This document shows, in pieces, positions 13,094 through 23,967 of a stretch of 64,000 nt of DNA. Numbering within the stretch: the stretch's first letter is position 1; each line of letters starts with the position of its first letter. Position numbers and translations under genes: made by a program. The notes under the pieces are model-generated. The model made no database searches. It had not been told where the DNA came from and worked only from the letters and a program-made list of their open reading frames with translations. The DNA is taken from positions 55,118,001 to 55,182,000 of the forward strand of contig NC_043001.1 in the NCBI RefSeq assembly GCF_006345805.1, written 5' to 3'. The DNA is from Octopus sinensis (lineage: Eukaryota).

Positions 13094-13660
13094 TTGGGTT
13101 GTCTGGAAAGTTTGTGTCGATTTATAGTAGCTTATCTTTTGACTTATTTTAGAACATGGTTGAGTCTATAAAATAGGATTTGACTACACCTCCATTTAGA
13201 GCACAGTTTAAGCTATCTTTACGTAGAAGAAGATTTATGTTTCTATAACCTGTGTTAATTCTGTAACCTTTTAAAATGGAAGATAAGAAAGTTCCTTTTC
13301 GGCACTTGGTGCTTTGAGAACCAGACAAAAATTGCTGCAGCTCAGCTGGGATGTGTTACCCCACCCTCCATATTCACCAGATATTGCTTCTTCGGATTTC
13401 CACTTATTCAGGTCTCTGCAGAATAGTCTTAATGGTAAAAATTTCAATTCCTTAGATGAATGTAAAAAGATACCTTGATGAATTCTTAGTCATGAAACCA
13501 CCTCAATTCTGGGAATAGGGTATTTTCAAGTTAAAGGAAAGATGGAGACACATTGTGCAACAAAATGGTTCATATTTGGTTGATTAAAAATGTAACGGCA
13601 AGTATTTATTAACCTTTTTCTTTCCTTTAAAAATCGGCACAAACTTTCCGGACAACCCAA
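13094..13660 (+). mobile_element. Internally deleted mariner element
   Basis: TIRs TTGGGTTGTC(T/C)GGAAAGTTTGTG(T/C)CGATTT at both ends and TA on the right flank. The interior encodes QKLLQLSWDVLPHPPYSPDIASSDFHLFRSLQNSLNGK (mariner YSPDLAP(S)D motif) with a stop and a frameshift. Confidence 0.92.
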
Positions 13661-14269
13661 TATCTATCTATCTGTCTGTCTGTCTATACATAAGCTAGCT
13701 GTCTGTAAACCAGAAAATAAGCATATTTTGTATGAGAAATATAGCAGATATATTTTCGTATACTGTGGAGCAGTATATTACTGGTTATAGCAATAACATG
13801 TTACTGGATGAAGAATCACCAATATTACCAAGTGCAAGTGTCAGTGTGAAATTGATAATATCACTTGACCAGTAATAAACTATTTGATACTACTACTACT
13901 ACTACTACTACTATGGCATCATCATCATTATCATTTAATGCCCTTGTTCCATTGTAGCATGGGTTGGGCAGTTTTCACAGGAATCTATGGGTCCAATTAC
14001 TAATTTCTATGTCATGTTTAGTTAAAATGTCTAATGCAGTAGCTATCCCTGGCTTTTTTCTTCTTGTTTTTGGCAACATTTTTGTAACTATACTTACAAG
14101 TAGGTCGAAGGTGAAACAAATTATTCAACAAAAAATGCAAAACCAGTTGGTTTATTTTAATAAAGTATTTATCCCCACTTAAAAATGGATACTCTGTTAG
14201 AACAAACTATACTGTAGTAGATACCATGAGAGAAACTCTCTTTTAACTTCTGTGCATTAGAATGTCATA

Positions 14270-14585
14270 GGAAAGAATTACAAGACAGATACTTCAAGCT
14301 GAGCCAATCAGCAGGAGACCTAGGGAGAGACAAAGAAGGAGATGGTTGAATAATATCCACAGTCTCCATTGTTTATGCTTGAGAATCCAGATAGAAAGAC
14401 TAATGATGGTTGCTTCTGATAGGACCATATCTATATGGTCCTATCAGAAGGTGGCTGAGAACTCAACCCCAATGACCCAAGAAAGAGTGAGTAAAGAAGA
14501 TGGACAGATGGATAGGTCTTACGAGTTCCTGTTGAAGCATGAAATCTATGCCAGCTTGGGAAAAGGGTGTTAAATGATGACGATG

Positions 14586-14586
<1 letters not shown>
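14270..14586 (+). mobile_element. RTE-like LINE 3' end with ATG tail
   Basis: AGACCTAGGGAGAGACAAAGAAGGAGATGGTTGAATAAT (GR.RRRWLNN-like), ending GGAAAAGGGTGTTAAATGATGACGATGA. Confidence 0.55.
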
Positions 14587-15655
<1,069 letters not shown>

Positions 15656-16487
15656 GGACACACATGCATGAATGTATATATTTTACAACAACATATAGTT
15701 ATTAAAAAATAACTATAAACTGGTTCTTTTCAAAGATTCATATGCCATATTAGTTCCATTTAAGTTATCTGAACATATCCTTGTCACTATTGACATTGTA
15801 AATGTGGTGACGCAGTGATCATGCCATTGGAAATCAACAATCAACATTACTGTTTGCAAAAAGTGATATAAAATAAGTAATCATTGTTATCAGGGAAATG
15901 GAATGAAGCCGTAAGTAGTTGATATTTTTGTTTTAATATATTCAAAAGAAGTGTTTCATCAGAATCATTGAAGTATCAAGCAAAATGCTTTGTGGTATTT
16001 ACGTAGGCTTTCTACATTTTGAGTTCAAATCCTGTTGAAGTCAATTTTTCCTTTTATCCCAGTGGAGTTATAATAAAATACCAAGTAATAGGCTTTATTG
16101 ACCCCTTAGCATTTAAACAGGCCATATCCAGCCCAAATATTTTACCTGTTTTATGTTCAAACTGGCCAGATATGGCCTCTTTTATGTACGCTGCAATGTC
16201 ATTCTAAATATAAACATTCACATCATCAAGATCTTGAAGCTACGAGATAATGAATGATTAATTTGAAACAATATGGATAAATAAGCATTACAGTTGACAG
16301 AGCTATGTGAATGCCAAAGGGTTAAACAGAGTGTCATTAAAGTACTGGGGCTGATATAATCTACTGTTTTCTTTCCCAAAATTCGAGACCCTAATTTTAT
16401 GAATAATATTGTTATTAAATTATTTTGTAGGTCTGATGAAATGGTTAACATCTCATTTGCAATGTTTTCTTCACATTCTGTAATTAA

Positions 16488-16594
16488 CCTTTAGCACACT
16501 ACATTTTCTCTAGAACTGTTTCCCTTGCCACTGCCTGTTATTACAGGGAAGAAAACTCATATAGTGATATGATGTACCTACAGTGTGCTAAAGG
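16488..16594. mobile_element. Short piggyBac-like MITE (107 bp)
   Basis: TTAA on both flanks; perfect 13-bp TIR CCTTTAGCACACT / AGTGTGCTAAAGG. Confidence 0.8.
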
Positions 16595-17264
16595 TTAACT
16601 AACAAGAAGAAGAAGAATATATTTTACCAAATAATGAATTGAAGGAATACTCAGAGAGGAATGAAAGCATGCTATTGTCACAATATATGACACAAGTAAA
16701 TAACAAAGATCCATTATTCAGAGGACAAAACTGTGGTAACAAGTACTTCTGACTTGCACAAAATGCCTCAAGTTTGTAGGGAAGGATTTAGTTGATTGAG
16801 TAATAGTTGGATCTGAGGAAAACAAACTAGAGATGGTCTGTTAGCAAAGAGTGAGTAAAAATGAGTACAGACAGCTAAAAAGTAGAATAAAAGATTTGCC
16901 CTGAAGATGGCTAGAAGGTCATTGGTCACAGATTTGCTTCATTAAAGATGACCTGGGACTAACAACAACAGACAGAAAAAGACTAGATGGAGAAGAAAAT
17001 GTTCAATGTGGTCACTTGACCTGTTAGAGTTGCTGTCAAATCAACTGCAAATCACATTTAACCAGTTTAAAAAAAAACAATTCAGAATTAACACATTGGG
17101 TAATGTGGTGCAGGGCTTATTGTATAAAAGAATAGGAAAAACGAGATGGTAATGGGTGGTATACCTTTGGTCATAGATCTACTCAATCAGAGCTAACCTA
17201 GAACTGAACTATAACAACTTTTGTATGACAAAATGTGAAGTATGGTCTTCATCTAGACAGACAA

Positions 17265-17725
17265 CACTGTGTAACAAAATTTTTATTTATTTAGTTTTTT
17301 TGTCTTTGGTCAGTAAGTGTTATTTCCTAATTGCTTAAATCTAGAAATCAAAGGAAATAACTACTATTCCTTTCAGACTTTGCTTTTGTGACCTGAACAT
17401 CAATATTTCAAAACTGATCTATTTTCCATTACATTCCAGACAGATTCAGTACTGAGTTGCTGAAGCAGAAATATTGTTATAGCAAATATTCTGTTCAATA
17501 CCACAGATTTGCTTGTCAGTTGCTTGACCTTAACCACTTGAACATGTCCCTTAATGGCTAACAATATGTGCATCTTTGCTGATGAGCAGGTGTAATAGAG
17601 GAGCACCATAGCCACGTGTTGAGAGGGTTTCTTTTGGGTCTGAATAAATATCATATAACAAAAGCAAAGTTTGAAGGAAATATTAGCTATTTTACATACT
17701 TTCCAAAGATAAGCAAATAGAAAAC
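17265..17725 (+). repeat. Dispersed repeat of about 450 bp, duplicated at about 27969-28425
   Basis: Colinear similarity by eye from AACAC.GTAACAAAATTTTTATTTATT through CAAAAGCAAAGTTTGA.GGAAATA.TAGC. Confidence 0.8.
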
Positions 17726-18001
17726 AACAGTTGCTGCCCGAGGACAAACAGTGAAATGGCATATCTGGTGTAATGGGATCTGTGGATTGCATCTAGTTGA
17801 TTGGTTGACAACCTCTAAACTATGGCTGTAGTTGATTTATGGCTGATTTGAGGCTAACAGCTACATAGTACCCTCTCGGGATTTCCATATAAATGTACTT
17901 TTTTTTTTATACAGTAGACATTGTTCATTGGCACTAAGCAAATAGAAAAATGATATTTAAAAACATTCAGTGCTGTAGATATTACAAATGATATGACTCA
18001 C

Positions 18002-18187
18002 CACCTGTTGAATATGGATTGTGAGTTGGGGTATACCGAGATACATCAGTTTCTACACCAGGTGGTGGGGCTGATAATTCCTGTGCTAAGAGGGGTTCCT
18101 GCTCGGGATTTGGCTGTTGGTGTCCGGTCTGATGGTGGTGGTGGTGGTGATGGTGGTGGTGTCGGTTAGAGGACAATTTCTTATTAC
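18002..18187 (-). CDS. robo: Robo cytoplasmic-tail exon with a His10 tract, third of four (186 nt, phase 1-1)
   Basis: Acceptor ...catttcatttttgacag| and donor GGTG|GTGAGT. Open frame GNKKLSSNRHHHHHHHHHHQTGHQQPNPEQEPLLAQELSAPPPGVETDVSRYTPTHNPYSTG; phases match both neighbours. Sequence homology is weak, so the call rests on splice signals and phase. Confidence 0.8.
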
Positions 18188-18559
18188 CTGTCAAAAATGA
18201 AATGTAAATAAACAGATAAGTCAAAAGTAGATTTGAGATTTTATAAACTGTATCCTGCAAGGGAACTTGGTTGATATAGAAATAGAAAAAGACCATCATC
18301 ATCATTAATCAATATCATTAACAATATCAACAGCCCCTTCCTTCTCACCTCCATCCACATTATTATTATTATTAAGATGGTAAGCTGGCAGAACTGTTAG
18401 TAGGCCGGGTAAAATGCTTAGTTCTGAGTTCAAATTCTGCCAAGGTTGACTTTGCCTTTCATCCTTTTGGAGTCAAAAAATAAGTACCAGCTGAATAGAG
18501 AGAGAGTGATGTAACTGACTTTCCTCTCAAACTTGCTGACCTTGTGCAAAAATTTACCA

Positions 18560-19130
18560 TTATTATTGAGTGAGAGAGCAGTGCAGGCCATCAAAGTGAC
18601 ACTGGGGTACAAACATACAAAGCCCAATATACCCATCATAACTACCTATCTGATAAGGGTACACCAGACACATGCATCACAACCATATGTGTGCAACATG
18701 GGAATCTCATATAAAACAGTATATGACCTTGCAGGTGGGGACCAGTTAAAATTTTTTTGAGTTGAGTAGCCCATACCACTCAAAAGGTCTCTAGAATAAG
18801 GTTTGTTTAATGATGTTGAACAAAACATCCATGTTTCCAGAGATGAATTATGCAAACCCCAAAGAATTCCTCTCAACACATGGCTATAATGGTCCCCCAC
18901 TACTTCTGCTCATTTTCAGAGATGCACATATCGTCAGCCACTAAGGGACATGCTCAAATGGTGAAGGTCAAACAACCAACAAGCAAATCTGTGGTACCGA
19001 GTAGAATATTTGCTGTAGCCCATCTTTCATACCAAGACAAAACATATACATGATAACACTTCCAATCGGTTAAGATCAGAAGCCATGTGAGCCACTGCCT
19101 GGTACTGCACCAGGGCATTTATTATTAACA
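18560..19130 (-). mobile_element. Dispersed repeat with (AAT)n tail; central part homologous to 17477-17645 and 28180-28350 in opposite orientation
   Basis: The reverse complement contains AGCAAATATTCT...ACCACAGATTTGCTTG...CATGTCCCTTA...ATATGTGCATCT...GTGTTGAGAGG. Confidence 0.7.
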
Positions 19131-20714
19131 TTATTACCATCATTTAATGATTAGTCTATCTCATGTTGGTATGGAATGGATGAGCATGTTGTGACAGTAC
19201 ACAGCTACATTTGTTCCCTTCTGTGTCATCTATTTTACAAGGCCCTATATAGAACATGGGATGTAATTGTACACATCTTCCCATAGTTTTGCTGGAATTT
19301 CCACAGCCATGATTACTGTTCACTGTCAGCACACAATGCTTTGGTGCCATGCACTCATTGTCATTTCACATCAGATGTTCGTTTAAAAGCAGCCTCTAAA
19401 AAATAGCTAATTTCTTCAATCTATTCCAGCCCAAAAAATAAAAAAAACATCAATTCCTGCCAAAAAATGCATGAATGGGTGAAGGCAAGATTTTTGTTTT
19501 GCGACTCGGATTTGATCTCATTGCCCAAAACATCTGAATTTACAGTATGAACCTCAACCAAACAGATACATAGCATATCTAAAGTTATTGATCTCTGGAT
19601 TGCACCATGTTATTCTGCCAACTATCCACGAGACAATTCAAATCAATCTCTGTTGATGTTGAGCTATACAGCAATAACAATACAGATATATTATAAAAAA
19701 AAAATAATTAAGAGAAAGATCAAGAAACGTGCAATTTAATCAGATATTCCATAAAACTTCAGCTCTACATTTCAATCCTATTTCCATGAAATTTAATTCC
19801 AATCTAGTGTATAAGATATCAAATCCATTTATCTTTTAATTGGGAATAATTAAAATCAGGACTTCAATCACACAGCCTTTCCTAATTACAAGCAACTTTT
19901 ACCATTTCCCAGTTTGATAAGACGCAAATGACGTTAGGAATATTATTGTATCATTAATTTAATCTGGTCTTTCAGCTGATAATTACTAATCAATTTCACA
20001 GAATAATCATTGTCGAAATCTTGGCACCGAATACATTTATTGCAGCTCTTCCCTCTCAAGATAAGCAGTAATTGTGTCATGTCTTCAAGATAAGATCGGC
20101 AGATCATATTCATCATATGCTAGTACCTGGACACATGTAATTTCACAGAAGAAATTATCTTATTCTTTAACTCTTCCTGAAGACAGTTCTTAAGAAATAC
20201 ACTTCTTTTATTCTTTTATTGGTTGAATGTGGCCATGCTGGGATACAACGTTTTAGGAATTTTAATCAATAATATTAACTGATATTCTTTTTAAAGAAAA
20301 AACAGCAAAACTTTTTAATCAAGTGAGAAAGACAAAAACAGAAGAGTGTAAAAGGAGATAACAGAGATGCCAAAAATAGCTACAATTTCTTTTTTTAGTT
20401 CATTGTACTGATCTACTGTCCTGTATGTATGTATATATATAAGTGTGTGTGTGTGCGCATTATTATTAATTTAATGTATAAATTGCCAATAATTTTTTAT
20501 AGCATGCTATTTGCTAAAAGTCATTAATGTGATTTTTATCCTTATATTCTCCCCCCCCCCTCTCTCTCTCTATATATATATATGCACACACAAGACAAGG
20601 CATAAATAACGGTCATTCTACACTCCTATATTGTAGTAATTTTGAATTACAGCTGTTTCTAGAGGTCATTATAGGTTTATTCAAATGGCCCACTGATTGA
20701 TTGAGAAAGATTGA

Positions 20715-20793
20715 ACATATATATACATACATATCTATATATACATACATATATATATACATACATATATATATATATACATACACTTATATG

Positions 20794-20839
<46 letters not shown>

Positions 20840-20945
20840 CAGACATACATATATATATCCGTACATATATATACATACATATAAATACATACATACATTG
20901 TATATATATATATATATATAATATATATATATATATATAGATATA
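20715..20945. repeat. (AT)n/(AC)n microsatellite; similar tracts at about 22325-22470, 33730-34110, 35290-35740, 35995-36190, 43800-44285, 45040-45245, 45795-45930, 50225-50410
   Basis: Seen directly. Confidence 0.95.
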
Positions 20946-21068
20946 CATTCACTGTTTCCTTTCAGCTCTAATTCATCGACACACTATCACTTCCACACTA
21001 ATTAACAAACCCCAACCCCACCACAAGTACACCCAAATCCCATATATAGAATTCTTAAAAGAATTCAT

Positions 21069-21475
21069 GTGTTGAATATAATTAATTGTACATGCAGAGA
21101 TAAAACTAAATGTAATTTCGATGATGTAGTATATAAACGTGTAGTGACTTTGATTGATGATTATAATAGGAATAGTTATAATTTAAATGCGATTTACAAA
21201 GGGTTGACTTCTAATAAAATTATATTACAGGTGGCTCAACACATGAATTCTTTTAAGAATAGAAATTTAATTAATTCTACTGGCCTTAGTAAATATATAT
21301 GGGAACTAAAATCTAAGAATATTAAGTACAATTTAAATTGGGATTGTTTATTATGTACTAACATTTAAAATTTAAGGAGATATTATTAACTAATAAGAAA
21401 AAAATTGATTAAATCCCTAGACGAATGAAAAATTAAATGCAGACACAAGTTAAATTACTTATATAATAAGTTTAG
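21069..21475 (+). pseudogene. Penelope-like element (PLE) ORF C-terminus: GIY-YIG endonuclease relic
   Basis: NCTCRDKTKC...VVYK...IYKGLT...QHMNSFKNRNLINSTGLSKYIWELK...W, then after stops C.LC and KCRHK. This follows the CxC..C / VY..Y.G / H..SF / T.LS.YIW / C.LC / KCRH pattern of PLE endonucleases. Confidence 0.75.
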
Positions 21476-22367
21476 CTAATTTGTGTATATATATAAATCC
21501 TGTTTTATGTTACTAATTGTTGTAGTTATAATTTGTAGTAGTAAAATGTGCATAAATTAGTATGAGATTATATAGTGTATATTGCATAATTAGAATAAGA
21601 TGAAACTTAGATGTTTATAAAATAAATAAATTAATTAATGAAAACAGATTAAATTATAGAAATTTAGCTTAATTTATGTTTATGACATGTATTTTACGAA
21701 TTTTAGTTTTTAAATTATTTAGAGTTTACAATTTTTCCAGTAGATGGTATATTAAAGTTAATTATTTTTCTTATTCTCACCGCTAAAATATATTTGTGAT
21801 TTTAATAGCTTAAATACATACTTCTATCTATCTATTCCATAAATTCTATTTAGACTATATTTTCACATGATATATTATTATAAACGCTAAGTTCTATGTA
21901 TTACGTTCAAATTTTTAGTTAACGAAAATCCTTCAATAAGAGGAGTTTATTTTTTATTTTAAGAAATATAGTTAATACACATATTTTTCTATATTTATTT
22001 GATAATTAGTATAAGTTAAGATAAGTACATTTATTCTATTATTATTTTTTTATTATTATTACTATTTTAGAAGTGATGAGTGACTATATTTTTAAATAGA
22101 ATTAATTTTAGATTGATTTAATTTTAAATCGAATTGATTTTATTATTATTATCTATTTGAAAATATAGCCACGAAATGAACGTAGTCTTTTTACTACTAT
22201 TTACTATTTATTGTTTTTGCACTTTATTGATTTTTAGAATAAAGTTTTTATAGTATATGTTTTCTATATGGTGTGAATAACATCTTTCATTATTGAATTG
22301 TTTAATAGAGGTTTTTCTCAAAATTATATACATACATATATATATATATACATATATATATATGCAT

Positions 22368-22468
<101 letters not shown>

Positions 22469-22475
22469 GTTTAAT

Positions 22476-22830
22476 TATTTGTTGTGCAAGATCTTTTATG
22501 TGAAGTCGTGTGTTGAAACATATTGTTATATTTCGGAATGGTCATTTTGCCAGTTTAGCCAATAAAAACACACGCACTATATATTTGGTGTTATTTTGCT
22601 TCAGTGTTATTTATTTTTTACATTAATCTTAATCTTATTTCAGCCAGAGTTCTTTCATCACACTCCTGTGACCGCATCAGTGGTCCTTTGTTTTCTTCTT
22701 TCTTATTTGTGTCTCTCCTTACTAACCGTCAGCAATTTTGTATATCTATTGTATGTCTTCATTTGCGCATGCTTATATCTCTATGTGCGTCTATGTTTAT
22801 TTAGTGTGTGTATGTGAGGGGATGCCTGTA
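22476..22830. mobile_element. PLE pseudo-LTR-like segment with a degenerate hammerhead ribozyme on the minus strand
   Basis: Lies about 1 kb downstream of the GIY-YIG relic and retains CpGs. The minus strand at 22683-22644 reads CCA-CTGATGC-G-GTCACA-GGAG-TGTGAT-GAAA-GAAC-T-C-TGG. Confidence 0.6.
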
Positions 22831-23832
22831 ATATTTGTATCTTCTGTTTATATACGTTCATGTAATTTGTATTTTGTTTTTGTTGTTGTTGTTTATTCTT
22901 ATTTTGTTCATGTGTTTACATCCACTTATTATTATCATTATATATGCTTGTATGTATGTATGTATAACAACAATACTAGTAATAATAATAATAAATCGAA
23001 TTGAAAAAAAAAAATATATATATAGTTATTTATTTCTATTTGTTTATTTATCTGTGTATTTATTATGTTTTCGGGATACATTTAATGTATCTAGTAGTGT
23101 TACAATATATTGATAACTGCGTGTTACAATACATAGGTGTATATTAGTGTGTTTTACACAAGTGGAATAGGTACAGCTGGCAAAAATGAGTTGTACTTGT
23201 AGTTCAATGGCCAGCCTTGTCATACATTGTGTGTCACACTGAATGTCACTGAGAACTATGTTAAGGGTACATGTCTTTGTAGAGTACTCAACTACATGCA
23301 TGTGAATTTCACAAGCAGGCTGTTCTATTGATCGAATCCACAGGGATGCTGATTGTCATCACTGACAGAGTGCCCAGTCTACATGTACACTATGTTCCTG
23401 TGTGATGTAAGAAGTGAACTTAAAGGGTTAGCAACAGGAAGGGTATCTGACTGTAAAAGACTGCTTCAGAAAACCCATCCAATTCATGCCAGCTTGGATA
23501 TAAAATAAAGATCAATGATGATGACAGATTACTGTGACTAACAACATATCAATGATACACTACCATTTATTATATATAAAACTGATAATGTATTGTGTTA
23601 CAATATATAATTGATACTATACTTTGTATTAAAATATATAGCTGATACATTAGCATGCCTTAACATATACAGCTGGCACATTTTCAATACTATCATATGT
23701 TACAATATGTAGGAAATACATTATCAACAATACCTTGCATTATTATAAAGTTTTAAACAATTGGTGGGGGTTATCAAAACAACAAAATTGCTATTTTTTA
23801 AACCCTTCATACCCCATGTAATGAATACTGAC

Positions 23833-23967
23833 CTTGCTCCATGAGCTGCTTCTTGCGCTGTGACTTGGGGTAAGGTTTATGAACTACAGCACTAAAATTA
23901 CTATCAGTGCTATAGGGACTTGTGGGACGAGCTGCTCGGTGATGTCGACGTGGATGGTGCTTCTTGC
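23833..23967 (-). CDS. robo: Robo cytoplasmic-tail exon, second of four (135 nt, phase 1-1); absent from the ORF track
   Basis: Acceptor ...attgcttacacag| and donor GAGCAAG|GTCAGT. Reads GKKHHPRRHHRAARPTSPYSTDSNFSAVVHKPYPKSQRKKQLMEQ in frame with the previous exon; RPTSPYSTDSN matches ROBO1 RPTSPVSTDSN and ROBO2 RPTSPFSTDSN (from memory). Confidence 0.92.

Noticed and set aside
18010-18075. NPY in exon 3 (THNPYS) as an NPxY endocytosis or PTB-binding motif
   Set aside because: The spacing is N-P-Y, not N-P-x-Y.
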